In this document: positions 43,430 to 52,241 of the stretch, one piece after another
Layout of the letters: every line of letters starts with the position of its first letter
How positions within the stretch are numbered: the stretch's first letter is position 1
NCBI GenBank assembly: GCA_045646965.1
Contig: JAZRLR010000006.1
Location: 234-64,233 of the forward strand
Source of the DNA: Bacteroidaceae bacterium
GTDB taxonomy: Bacteria > Bacteroidota > Bacteroidia > Bacteroidales > Bacteroidaceae
Direction: 5' to 3'
DNA length: 64,000 nucleotides
Position numbers and translations under genes: made by a program
The notes under the pieces: model-generated
The model's database searches: none
What the model was told of the DNA's origin: nothing
The model's input: the letters and a program-made list of their open reading frames with translations, nothing else

Positions 43430-44914
43430 ATGACATTCTTTACCTCGGAGAATATAATGTTTATAGGCTCCATTTTGGTTTTTTGCAGTATTCTTATCAC
43501 AAAGGCCGGCGGACGTTTCGGTTTGCCCGCCCTTTTGCTTTTTCTTGTGGCGGGTATGCTGTTTGGCAACGACGGCCTGGGCATACATTTCGACAATGTG
43601 GGGCAGGCGCAGTTTGTGGGTATGGTGGCGCTCTGTGTCATTCTGTTCACAGGCGGTCTCGAGACTAAACTCGACGATATAAAGCCGGTGCTCGGGCCCG
43701 GTCTCACGCTCTCCACGGTGGGTGTGCTGCTCACTACCACTTTTACGGGCTTCTTCATATATGGCCTCACAAAGTGGGACGCTATGTCGCTCGAGCTACC
43801 GTTTGTTACCTGTTTCCTGCTTGCGGCAACGATGTCTTCGACCGACTCGGCTTCGGTGTTCAACATCTTGAGAAGCAAGAATATAAATCTTAAGAATAAC
43901 CTGCAGCCGCTGCTCGAGCTCGAGAGCGGAAGTAACGACCCTATGGCCTACATACTCACAATTGTGCTCATACAGCTTGCGCTCACATTGGGCGGGCCGG
44001 GTGCCGTGGCCATAGAGACACCTGTGCTTGTGGTCGATTCGCTCAAGGTGCTTGTGCAGCAGTTTGCGTCGGGTGCTATGATAGGCGCGGCGGCGGGCTT
44101 CGGCACTGTGTGGTTTATAAACAAGGTGAATCTCAATAATATCCCCCTCTTGTCGATAATGCTTATGAGCATTGTCTTCTTCACCTTCTCTTTCACCGAT
44201 ATGCTCGACGGCAACGGCTATCTGGCGGTATATATATCGGGTATCATAGTTGGTAATAACAAGATGAGAAACCGCAGGCAGGTGGTTGCTTTCTTCGACG
44301 GAATGACCTGGATAATGCAGATAGGTATGTTCTTGCTGCTTGGCTTGCTTGTGGTGCCGAGCGAGATGTGGAAAACAGCCGTAGCGGCTCTTTTCATAGG
44401 TCTCTTTGTTATGGTTGCGGCCCGTCCGTTGAGTGTATTCATCTCTTTACTGCCGTTCAAAGAGCTGACGCTAAAGTCGCGCCTCTTTGCTTCGTGGGTG
44501 GGCCTGCGCGGTGCGGTGCCCATAATCTTTGCGATATATCCCGTGGTGGAGAATGTGCCGGGTAGTGGTGAGATTTTCAATATAGTATTTTTTATAACCC
44601 TGCTCTCGCTTGTGTTGCAGGGCAGCAGCATAGTGATTGCCGCAAAGAAGTTCGACCTTTTGCTGCCCGCCAAGGAGGAGCGCCGTTTCGACGTGGAGCT
44701 GCCCGAGGAGGCCGGTGAGCAGAAAGAGATTACCGTCACCGCCGAGATTCTTGCCGAGCGCGGAAACACTCTCACCTCGTTTGGTTTTCCCAAGGGTGTA
44801 CTTGTGATATTTATCAAGCGCGGCGACAAATATATAGTTCCCAACGGTTCGGTGGTGTTGCAGGAAGGCGACCATCTGCTCACCATAGCAAGCTCCGAGA
44901 TTGACGAGGAGTGA
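43430..44914 (+). CDS. K+/H+ antiporter, CPA1 family (NhaP2/CvrA type) with a C-terminal TrkA-C/RCK_C domain
   Basis: The listed ORF runs 43319-44914. It is trimmed to the ATG at 43430 (MTFFTSENIMFIGSILVF...). It has many TM segments and the motifs TDSASVF and LESGSNDPMA. The C-terminal soluble domain reads ITVTAEILAERGNTL...LQEGDHLLTIAS. Confidence 0.8.
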   Translation: MTFFTSENIMFIGSILVFCSILITKAGGRFGLPALLLFLVAGMLFGNDGLGIHFDNVGQAQFVGMVALCVILFTGGLETKLDDIKPVLGPGLTLSTVGVLLTTTFTGFFIYGLTKWDAMSLELPFVTCFLLAATMSSTDSASVFNILRSKNINLKNNLQPLLELESGSNDPMAYILTIVLIQLALTLGGPGAVAIETPVLVVDSLKVLVQQFASGAMIGAAAGFGTVWFINKVNLNNIPLLSIMLMSIVFFTFSFTDMLDGNGYLAVYISGIIVGNNKMRNRRQVVAFFDGMTWIMQIGMFLLLGLLVVPSEMWKTAVAALFIGLFVMVAARPLSVFISLLPFKELTLKSRLFASWVGLRGAVPIIFAIYPVVENVPGSGEIFNIVFFITLLSLVLQGSSIVIAAKKFDLLLPAKEERRFDVELPEEAGEQKEITVTAEILAERGNTLTSFGFPKGVLVIFIKRGDKYIVPNGSVVLQEGDHLLTIASSEIDEE

Positions 44915-44986
44915 GCCGCAGAGGGTGTAAAAAGAAATCGGGAGCATCACACGACGCTCCCGATTTTTGTATCCTGTGAGAGTGGA

Positions 44987-47122
44987 TTATTTTATGATTG
45001 TCATCTCGTCGATGAGGCGTGTGCAACCACCGAACTTGTCGATGATAAAGAGCACATACCTGATGTCCACGTTTATACAACGCTGCATCTTCTTGTCGAA
45101 GTTGATGTCGCTGCTCAAAGACTCCCAGTTTCCGTCGAAGGCAAGGCCGATGAGCTCGCCGCGTGCGTTCATTACGGGGCTTCCGCTGTTACCGCCGGTG
45201 ATGTCGTTTGTGCTCAAGAAGGCAACGGGCATATCGCCGTTGGGCATTGCATAGCAGCCATAGTCCTTTGAGAGGTAGAGCTCTTTGAGACGTGCGGGAA
45301 CGGTGAACTCGCTGCTTGTGTTGTCCTCTTTCTCCATAACACCCTTGAGGGTTGTGTAGTGGTTGTATGTGACACCGTCTTTGGGCTGATAAGGCTTCAC
45401 GCTACCATATGTGAGGCGCATTGTGAAGTTTGCGTCGGGAGCCATAGGCGCGCCGTCGGCCATCTCCATAAGTCCTTTGAGGTAGGTCTTGTGCAAGGGG
45501 TTGATTACAGAGTCGAATGCTGCCTTCTCTGCTGCGAGCTCGGCATATTTGTCGTAGATGGCTTCGCGCAACTGTGTGGCGGCATCCTTTGCGAGGCTCT
45601 TCTCTGTACCCTTCTTGTAGTATTTGTCAAAGTTCTTTTTATTAGAGATAATAGAGTTGTCATATACGTGGTCGATGTACTTCTCCATATCTCCCTTGTA
45701 CTTCTTGCTCATTTCGTTGAGCAGGGCGGGGCGCTCGCTCTCCTCGGTGAGTGACATATAGAGCGGGAGCACTTTCTTGGCTACGCGACGGTCTACCTCG
45801 TGGTTGTAGTCGCGGTTATGTACCCAGTCGTAAACAGCTTTGGCTGTAGCTCTCACCTTCTCGGTGTCGTCGCTGTTTATGGGATAGATGTTACGCTGTA
45901 TGAACTCTACGTTGCTTATAATCTCGGTGATGAGTGTCATAAGATACTCCTTGCGGCTGCGTGCGTTCACGGCGTTGTTTATATTCTCGACAACGGTCTC
46001 ATACTCTTTGTTGCCCACCTTTTGTGCAAATTGCTTGAAGGCTGCCTCTTTCTCGAGCTTTGTCTCCACAACTTTGTTGTCCACGATAGCTTTGTTCATA
46101 CCTATAGAGTTCTTCCAATAGTTGCTTATGCGTGCCATCTTACTTGCATACTGTATGTTTACAGCCTCGTCTTTCTCCATCTCCTCGCGAAGAATTGTGA
46201 GCGATGCGTCGCGTATTGCGATGCGGGGCTCGTTCTGTGAGAACATACGGTGTTTCACTTCGTCGCCTGTGAGGTAGCGCGATGTGCTGCCGGGGAAGCC
46301 CATAATCATAGAGAAGTCGTTGTACTCAATGCCTGCAAGAGAAATCTTCAGGTATTTGGGTGTGCTCAAGGGGATGTTTGTCTCGCTGTAGGGAGCGGGG
46401 TTGCCCTGTGCGTCGCCATATACGCGGAATACCGAGAAGTCGCAGGTGTGACGGGGCCACATCCAGTTGTCGGTCTCGCCGCCGAACTTACCGATGGAGC
46501 TGGGAGGTGTGCCCACGAGGCGTACGTCGGTATATTTTTTGTAATATACGAGATAGTATCTGTTACCCTCGAAGTAGGGGAGCAACTGGGGGGTGAGATA
46601 CTCTTTACCCGAAATTGTGTCGGCTGCGAACATCTCTGCCGCAATGTTTTTGAGAACATTTCTGTTGAAAGACTCCTGCTCGGTGAGTGTGCCGGCTGCG
46701 ATGCGGTTGTTTATATCCTCGGTGACATCCTTTATCTCGGCAACGAATGTGAAGTTGATGTCTTTGCAGGGTAGCTCCTCGGCGTAGCTCTTGCTCCAGA
46801 AACCGTCGCGCAGGTAGTTGTGCTCCACGGCGCTCAACTGCTGTATGTAGCTATATCCGCAGTGGTGGTTGGTGAGGATAAGGCCGTTGGGCGATACAAT
46901 CTCTCCTGTACATCCGCCACCGAAGATTCCTATCGCATCCTTCAACGAGGGTGCGCCGGGTGCATAGATGTCGTCGGCTGTGAGCTCGAGACCAAGCTCG
47001 CGCATAGGTCTTTCAAGGTTCTGGCTGCGCATTAACTGCAAAAGCCACATACCCTCGTCGGCAAGAAGCTGTGTGGGGAGGGTGGTTGCTGCGATAATCA
47101 GCGTCAATAAAAATTTTCTCAT
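44987..47122 (-). CDS. S46-family dipeptidyl-peptidase (DPP7/DPP11 family)
   Basis: The listed ORF runs 44987-47428. It is trimmed to the ATG at 47122 (MRKFLLTLIIAATTLPTQLLADEGMWLL...). It has the signature DEGMWL after the signal peptide, the catalytic-His region TNHHCG and the catalytic-Ser region GGNSGSPVMN. AFDGNWES suggests a DPP7-like Gly at the P1-specificity position, but this is tentative. Confidence 0.85.
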   Translation of the reverse strand: MRKFLLTLIIAATTLPTQLLADEGMWLLQLMRSQNLERPMRELGLELTADDIYAPGAPSLKDAIGIFGGGCTGEIVSPNGLILTNHHCGYSYIQQLSAVEHNYLRDGFWSKSYAEELPCKDINFTFVAEIKDVTEDINNRIAAGTLTEQESFNRNVLKNIAAEMFAADTISGKEYLTPQLLPYFEGNRYYLVYYKKYTDVRLVGTPPSSIGKFGGETDNWMWPRHTCDFSVFRVYGDAQGNPAPYSETNIPLSTPKYLKISLAGIEYNDFSMIMGFPGSTSRYLTGDEVKHRMFSQNEPRIAIRDASLTILREEMEKDEAVNIQYASKMARISNYWKNSIGMNKAIVDNKVVETKLEKEAAFKQFAQKVGNKEYETVVENINNAVNARSRKEYLMTLITEIISNVEFIQRNIYPINSDDTEKVRATAKAVYDWVHNRDYNHEVDRRVAKKVLPLYMSLTEESERPALLNEMSKKYKGDMEKYIDHVYDNSIISNKKNFDKYYKKGTEKSLAKDAATQLREAIYDKYAELAAEKAAFDSVINPLHKTYLKGLMEMADGAPMAPDANFTMRLTYGSVKPYQPKDGVTYNHYTTLKGVMEKEDNTSSEFTVPARLKELYLSKDYGCYAMPNGDMPVAFLSTNDITGGNSGSPVMNARGELIGLAFDGNWESLSSDINFDKKMQRCINVDIRYVLFIIDKFGGCTRLIDEMTIIK

Positions 47123-47159
47123 TGTTTTACTTATTTTTAGGTTTTGAAATTTCTCGCTG

Positions 47160-47167
47160 CGAAGATA
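47160..47167 (-). promoter_or_regulatory. Candidate -7 box (TATCTTCG on the minus strand) for the S46 peptidase gene
   Basis: CGAAGATA on the plus strand, 38 nt upstream of the ATG at 47122. It differs from TAnnTTTG at one position. Confidence 0.35.
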
Positions 47168-47304
47168 CGTTAAAAAAAGCACTTTCCTTGTGCCGTGGAC
47201 GGGTAAACTTGCGGCGGCACATCTTTTTTTGTTACAAAATGTTATCTCTCGGCAATATTTTATAAATATGCCCTCTCTGTTTGTGCGCGACAGATAATTA
47301 TTGC

Positions 47305-47312
47305 TATCTTCG
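47305..47312 (+). promoter_or_regulatory. Candidate -7 box (TATCTTCG) for the DUF4369-like lipoprotein gene
   Basis: It lies 31 nt upstream of the ATG at 47343. The same octamer variant occurs upstream of ddh and, on the opposite strand, upstream of the S46 gene. Confidence 0.35.
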
Positions 47313-47342
47313 TGCTCCCAACCCATATAAGTGAAAAATACT

Positions 47343-48059
47343 ATGAAAAATTTTCTGGCGGCACTCTCTTTGCTGCTTCTTCTGCCTGCGTGCGGAAATA
47401 AATTCAGTGTGAAAGGAACACTTGCCACCGATATTCTCGACGGCGAATATGCCTATGTGAAAGGCACGGTGGGCAGCGATGTGTTTACCATAGATTCGTG
47501 CAAGGTGCTACACGGAGCCTTTGAGTTTGCGGGCGCAGCCGATTCTGTGCAGATTGTATCACTCTACATAGGCTCTACGCCCATTATGCCTTTTGTGCTC
47601 GAGAATGGCGCCATAGCCATAGACATCGCTCCAAACAGTATCTCTGTGGGCGGTACTCCGCTCAACGATGAGCTTGGTCGTCTTATGTGTGAAAAGGCCT
47701 CGCACGAGGCGCGTCTCGTGGAGATAGGTTCTCTGGAGGCGTCGATGATTCTCGACGGACACACTTCAGAGGCTGCAGCCGACTTTGTGCGCGACTCCAT
47801 TGCGGCGGTTGGCGTCTCTATGGAAAATATGATAAACAGCTACATAAGACGCAACTACGACAATGTGCTTGCGCCCTGTTTCTTTGCACTGCTCTATAGC
47901 GAGGTGTCTGTTCCCATCCTCTCTCCCGAGCTCGAGAAACTCTACGACGAGGCTCCCGAGTCTTTCCGCAACGATGCTTTTGTGAGTGAGTATTACAACG
48001 TGGCGCGCGAGAATATGAACCGTATGCAACGGGCTGCCGAAGAGGAAAAAAATAACTGA
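47343..48059 (+). CDS. Lipoprotein, DUF4369-like N-domain plus helical region, no thioredoxin domain
   Basis: The listed ORF starts at GTG 47331. The ATG at 47343 (MKNFLAALSLLLLLPACGNKFSVKGTL...) is preferred. It has the lipobox LPAC and the opening FSVKG..., which resembles the N-terminal half of the TlpA-like protein at 52242-53420. Confidence 0.55.
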   Translation: MKNFLAALSLLLLLPACGNKFSVKGTLATDILDGEYAYVKGTVGSDVFTIDSCKVLHGAFEFAGAADSVQIVSLYIGSTPIMPFVLENGAIAIDIAPNSISVGGTPLNDELGRLMCEKASHEARLVEIGSLEASMILDGHTSEAAADFVRDSIAAVGVSMENMINSYIRRNYDNVLAPCFFALLYSEVSVPILSPELEKLYDEAPESFRNDAFVSEYYNVARENMNRMQRAAEEEKNN

Positions 48060-48088
48060 AAAAGATGGCCACGGCCATCTTTTTTCAG
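48056..48088. terminator. Bidirectional terminator overlapping the stop codon of the upstream gene
   Basis: CTGAAAAAGATGG (48056-48068), loop CCACGG, CCATCTTTTTTCAG (48075-48088). Confidence 0.75.
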
Positions 48089-48125
48089 TTATTGTGCCTT
48101 GTAAGAGGCGGCTATCGTCGGCAGG

Positions 48126-48854
48126 TTACTCGCCGAGTGTCTTTGCGATGGCCTCTCTCGATTTCTCCATCAGATAGTCTACGTTCTCACTGCCACGGCC
48201 CTCGCATTTGATGGGAGCGTGGAAGGTGAGTGTCACGGGCGACCAGTGAAGGAAATGTGCGCCCACGGGCATAATATCGTATGAGCCCTGTATAGCCACG
48301 GGGATAACAGGTACTTGTGTCATATTTGCAACTGCAAAAGCACCCTTCTTGAAAGCGCCCAGCTTGCCGTCGCGGCAACGTGTGCCCTCGGGGAAGATAG
48401 CCATACACTTACCGCTGCGTATGATATTTATCGCCTTGCGGAAAATATCTTTCTGGGGCGATGTGCGGTTTACATATATGTGGTCGGTCATCTCACACGC
48501 CTTGCCCAGCAAAGGTATCTTGCGCAGAGAGTCTTTTATCATCCATTTGAAGTTTCTCATTACATAACCATACATTACAAAAATGTCGAATGTACCCTGG
48601 TGGTTTGCCACAAATACATAGCTCTTGTCTTTCTCTACATATTTCTCACGGTCTACCACCTTCACGGGAATGAGGAACACCCAGCAGGTGAGTCGGCACC
48701 AGATTACGGCAGGCCAGTAGTCGCCGTTTTTTATTTTAAGGATACCGCCGAAAAAGCTGATAGCCAAGCTCGCAAGAGCCGCCAGAAGAATGCCTGCCCA
48801 CCAAGCAAAACATATCTGATAAAGCGCGTAAAGGGGGTGGAGTAATTTTCTCAT
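48126..48854 (-). CDS. plsC: 1-acyl-sn-glycerol-3-phosphate acyltransferase
   Basis: The listed ORF runs 48126-49001. It is trimmed to the ATG at 48854 (MRKLLHPLYALYQ...). It has an N-terminal TM segment, the canonical NHQGTFD (HXXXXD) box, and IFPEGTR. Confidence 0.85.
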   Translation of the reverse strand: MRKLLHPLYALYQICFAWWAGILLAALASLAISFFGGILKIKNGDYWPAVIWCRLTCWVFLIPVKVVDREKYVEKDKSYVFVANHQGTFDIFVMYGYVMRNFKWMIKDSLRKIPLLGKACEMTDHIYVNRTSPQKDIFRKAINIIRSGKCMAIFPEGTRCRDGKLGAFKKGAFAVANMTQVPVIPVAIQGSYDIMPVGAHFLHWSPVTLTFHAPIKCEGRGSENVDYLMEKSREAIAKTLGE

Positions 48855-48933
48855 AATCTGTCTTGTTTTAGTTATTTGTCGCACAAATATAGTTCTCTTT
48901 TTCGATTTTTTCACAGCCCGTCGGGCAAAAGAG

Positions 48934-49749
48934 TCAAATTTGGATGTTTTTGTACAAAAAACGGTGCAAATCTTCGGGCGGCAGGCCGCGTCGTTGTGCA
49001 TAGTCGTGCAGCTGCTCTTCGCTTATCTTGCCCACGGCAAAATAACGTGCCGCAGGGTGTGCAAGCATAAGGCCGCATACCGATGCGTGCGGTATCATAG
49101 CGCCGTTGGGGGTGAGTGAGATGCCTGCCTCGCACAGCCCGAGCAGCTTGTCTATAATAAATATTACCGACTGGTCGGGCAGTGAGGGGTAGCCCACGGC
49201 AGGGCGTATGCCGCAGTATCTCTCGGCGTTTAGCTCGTGGGGGGTGAGCTCCTCGTCGGGGGCGTATCCCCACAGTGCGGCGTTGCGTCGCACGTCGCGG
49301 TGCAGCAGCGTGGCGGCAGCCTCGGCAAGGCGCGAGGCTATGGTCTGCGTGAGCAGTGAGCGGTAGGTGTCGTCGCTCTCCTTTGCGCTAAACAGCGGGC
49401 TCACCGCTGTGGCAAAGAGTCCTATCTTATCGCCGCGGGGCGATATGAAATCGTTCAGGCACAGGTTGGGCTCTCCTGCGCGGGCGTGCTGCTGTCGCAG
49501 CAAGGGAAATGTTTCCCCTTCAATTAAAATATCATCGCCACACGAGCGGGCGTCGCACAGGGCAAAGAGCGCGGTGGCTGCAACGGCATCGCTGTGCTCG
49601 CGCAACAACTCCTCGGCGTCGTGCTGCACCTCACGGGCTTTCTCGCTCTCGCTCTCTCGTGGTGCTATGCCCCAGGCGTGGAAGAAATAGCTCCAGTCGA
49701 TGAAGGGGAGCAATTGCCACACCGTGTAGCTGAATTTGTGCCTTTTCAT
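48934..49749 (-). CDS. Stand-alone methionine synthase (MetH) activation-domain protein (Met_synt_B12 family)
   Basis: The listed ORF runs 48934-49812. It is trimmed to the ATG at 49749, which overlaps the upstream stop as ATGA. Segments typical of the AdoMet-binding reactivation domain: LPFIDWSYFFHAWG, GIRPAVGYPSLPDQS, SVCGLMLAHPAARYF. Confidence 0.75.
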   Translation of the reverse strand: MKRHKFSYTVWQLLPFIDWSYFFHAWGIAPRESESEKAREVQHDAEELLREHSDAVAATALFALCDARSCGDDILIEGETFPLLRQQHARAGEPNLCLNDFISPRGDKIGLFATAVSPLFSAKESDDTYRSLLTQTIASRLAEAAATLLHRDVRRNAALWGYAPDEELTPHELNAERYCGIRPAVGYPSLPDQSVIFIIDKLLGLCEAGISLTPNGAMIPHASVCGLMLAHPAARYFAVGKISEEQLHDYAQRRGLPPEDLHRFLYKNIQI

Positions 49750-51083
49750 CGGTTGAAAGTGAGCTTCTTGCCCTTTGCACCCTCGACTATCTTGCCGTTC
49801 TTGTAGGCGCACTCGCCGTTTACCCAGGTTTGTGCCACCTCCCAGTCAAAGGTGGTACCCTCAAATGGGCTCCACGCGCATTTGCTTATCACATCCTCTT
49901 TTGTGATTGTGTGGGGGCTGCCGGGACGCAGTAGCACAAGGTCGGCGAAATATCCTTTTCTTATGTATCCTCTTTTGTTCACGGCAAATAGCTCCGCAGG
50001 GGCGTGGCACATTCTCTGCACCATTGTCTCAATGGAAATTACACCCTCGTTTACAAGCTGCAGCATAGCGGGCATAGTGAACTGTATGCTCGGCATACCC
50101 GAGGCGGCTGTCAGTGCGCCGCCCTCCTTGTCCTGTAGCAGGTGGGGTGCGTGGTCGGTGCCCACGAGGTCTATTCGGCCGTCGGCGAGGGCTGTGCGCA
50201 GTGCCTCGCGGTCGTCGCTTCCTTTTATGGCGGGGTTACATTTTATGCGTGTGCCCAGGCGTGCGTAGTCGTCGTTGCAAAAGGTGAGGTGGGCGGGTGT
50301 CACCTCGGCGGTGATATTCTTCTCGCTTATGCTCTTGTCGCTCAACAGCGCAAGCTCCTCCTTTGTGCTTATGTGCATTATGTGCAGCTTTGTGCCGAAT
50401 CGGCGTGCAAGCTCCACGGCGCACTCGGTGCTCTTGTAGCAGGCTTCACTGCTTCTTATCACAGGGTGATACTCCACGGGTGGGTTCTCCCCTGCCTCGG
50501 CAATTGCCTTTTGTGTGTTTGCGGCGATGATTGAGCTCTCTTCGCAGTGTACGGCCACGGGCATCTTTGCTGTGGCGAAAATCTTTTCGAGCATCTCTTT
50601 CTTATCGACAAGCATATTGCCTGTGCTCGAACCCATAAAGAGTTTTATGCCACACACCTGCGTGGGGTTTAGCTGTGCAAACTGTTCGCAGTTGTCGTTG
50701 GTCGCTCCAAAGTAGAATGAGTAGTTGGCGATGCTGTCGCGTGCCGCAATTCTGAACTTCTCGGTCAGCGCCTTGAGTGTGGTTGTCTGTGGGTTTGTGT
50801 TTGGCATTTCCATATATGATGTGACGCCGCCTGCCACCGCGGCACGGCTCTCGCTTGCTATGGTGGCCTTGTGTGTGAGCCCCGGCTCACGGAAGTGAAC
50901 GTGTGCGTCTATGGCTCCGGGTACGAGGTACATTCCGCCGGCTTCCACAATCTGCTCTATCTCGCCGCGCGGCAGTTCGTCTCCGCGCAGAATCTCTGTT
51001 ATGCGTCCGTTGTTTATGACTACCGAGCCGCGAAAGCTCTTGCCCTCGTTCACAATTATGGGGTTGCTTATAAGTGTTCTCAT
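49746..51083 (-). CDS. pyrC: Dihydroorotase (cyclic amidohydrolase superfamily)
   Basis: 445-aa ORF with the metal-binding DAHVHFREPG motif, followed by GGVTSYMEMPNT, the carboxylated-Lys region IKLFMGSS, and GTDHAPH. Confidence 0.75.
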   Translation of the reverse strand: MRTLISNPIIVNEGKSFRGSVVINNGRITEILRGDELPRGEIEQIVEAGGMYLVPGAIDAHVHFREPGLTHKATIASESRAAVAGGVTSYMEMPNTNPQTTTLKALTEKFRIAARDSIANYSFYFGATNDNCEQFAQLNPTQVCGIKLFMGSSTGNMLVDKKEMLEKIFATAKMPVAVHCEESSIIAANTQKAIAEAGENPPVEYHPVIRSSEACYKSTECAVELARRFGTKLHIMHISTKEELALLSDKSISEKNITAEVTPAHLTFCNDDYARLGTRIKCNPAIKGSDDREALRTALADGRIDLVGTDHAPHLLQDKEGGALTAASGMPSIQFTMPAMLQLVNEGVISIETMVQRMCHAPAELFAVNKRGYIRKGYFADLVLLRPGSPHTITKEDVISKCAWSPFEGTTFDWEVAQTWVNGECAYKNGKIVEGAKGKKLTFNR

Positions 51084-51161
51084 ATATTTTGTTTTTTCTC
51101 TTGTGGCGAAGATAATGAAAATTTGTTTTCTTTGCGGTTGTTTCTCTGCCTTTTGTGGAAT

Positions 51162-51195
51162 AAAAAAAGGAGATTGCTTGGTTAAGCAATCTCCT
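51162..51195 (-). terminator. Rho-independent terminator whose 5' arm is the end of the HIT coding sequence
   Basis: The minus strand reads AGGAGATTGCTT-AACC-AAGCAATCTCCT followed by TTTTTTT. The stop codon TAA lies across the end of the 5' arm and the start of the loop. Confidence 0.75.
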
Positions 51196-51577
51196 TTCTA
51201 ATGTTCTCGGCAATTTCGTTGAACTCTTCGGGCGACAATTGCAGCTTGGGGTTTGTAAAGAGCATATCGCGCTCGCTCTGCATAGGCACCAGGTGTATGT
51301 GTGCGTGTGCCACTTCGAGCCCTAACACAGCCTGCCCCACCTTGCGGCAGGGGTATGCGCGCATAATGGCTTCTGCCACTTTCTTTGCGAAAATCTGCAT
51401 AGCACCTATCTCTTCGTCGGTGAGATCGAAGAAATAATCTACTTCGCGCTTGGGTATTACAAGCGTGTGTCCCTTTGCAAGCGGGTTTATATCGAGAAAG
51501 GCATAGAACTGCTCGTTCTCGGCTATCTTGTAGCTGGGAATCTCGCCTGCGACTATTTTGCTGAATATCGTTGCCAT
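51182..51577 (-). CDS. HIT-family (histidine triad) nucleotide hydrolase
   Basis: 131-aa ORF with HTLVIPKRE and the histidine triad HAHIHLVP. Confidence 0.9.
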   Translation of the reverse strand: MATIFSKIVAGEIPSYKIAENEQFYAFLDINPLAKGHTLVIPKREVDYFFDLTDEEIGAMQIFAKKVAEAIMRAYPCRKVGQAVLGLEVAHAHIHLVPMQSERDMLFTNPKLQLSPEEFNEIAENIRKEIA

Positions 51578-51589
51578 AGTTCCTGTTTT

Positions 51590-52051
51590 TTAAAGCTCAA
51601 TGCTTGTAATCTCGAGTGACAACTTGCCCTGGGGAACGGTAATCTCGGCAACGTCGCCCACCTTCTTGCCCAGGAGGCCCTTGGCGATGGGGGTGTTGAT
51701 TGAGATTTTTGCTTCACGCAGGTTGGCCTCGCTCTCGGGAACGATTGTATATTGCATTGTGGCGCCTGTCTTTGTGTTCTTCAAGCCCACTTTTGTAAGT
51801 ACCTGAACGCTGTCGGTGCTCAATTTAGACGAGTCGATAATCTTTGCGTCGGCAATTATCATCTTGAGCTCGTTAATCTTCATCTCCAACAGTCCCTGCG
51901 CCTCTTTTGCCGCATCATACTCTGCATTCTCCGAAAGGTCGCCTTTGTCGCGTGCTTCTGCAATCTGACGAACTATTTCGGGGCGTTTCGCCTCCAACTC
52001 TTTTAAATCGGCTAACAGTTTTTTGTAGCCCTCTTCGGACATATAACCCAT
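51590..52051 (-). CDS. greA: Transcription elongation factor GreA
   Basis: 153-aa ORF with the N-terminal coiled coil (GYKKLLADLKELE...RPEI...A...GDLSENAEYDAAKE) and the C-terminal FKBP-like domain. Confidence 0.93.
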   Translation of the reverse strand: MGYMSEEGYKKLLADLKELEAKRPEIVRQIAEARDKGDLSENAEYDAAKEAQGLLEMKINELKMIIADAKIIDSSKLSTDSVQVLTKVGLKNTKTGATMQYTIVPESEANLREAKISINTPIAKGLLGKKVGDVAEITVPQGKLSLEITSIEL

Positions 52052-52086
52052 TTCTTTATATAATTTAATTGATTTAAAATAATACT

Positions 52087-52120
52087 AAAACAAAGGATTC
52101 CAACACGAGTGCTGGAACCC
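52087..52120 (-). terminator. Rho-independent terminator after the TlpA-like gene
   Basis: The minus strand reads GGGTTCCAGCA-CTCG-TGTTGGAATCC (11 bp including two G-U pairs), followed by TTTGTTTT. Confidence 0.55.
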
Positions 52121-52140
52121 ATCTTTTCTCCTTATGCTTG

Positions 52141-52148
52141 CAAAGATA
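52141..52148 (-). promoter_or_regulatory. Candidate -7 box (TATCTTTG on the minus strand) for greA-HIT
   Basis: CAAAGATA on the plus strand, an exact TAnnTTTG match on the minus strand, about 90 nt upstream of the greA ATG. Confidence 0.4.
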
Positions 52149-52241
52149 GCTCTTAAAAATTGAAAAGCAAATTAAAAGCAAAAAATTTTACTTTTATTTT
52201 ACAATTGCTAACATCTTTTTTTTATGCTGTTTAGCTCTTTG

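Noticed and set aside
47123-47428. N-terminal extensions of listed ORFs. The example here is the S46 peptidase ORF starting at 47428. The same applies to 17040 (argC), 16007 (argD), 19273 (argR), 49001 (plsC), 49812, 43315, 43319, 53456, 59393, 9385 and 56859.
   Set aside because: In each case an internal ATG is followed by a canonical N-terminus, either a signal peptide/lipobox or the conserved first residues of the family. The extension would run through terminators, promoter-like boxes or the neighbouring gene.
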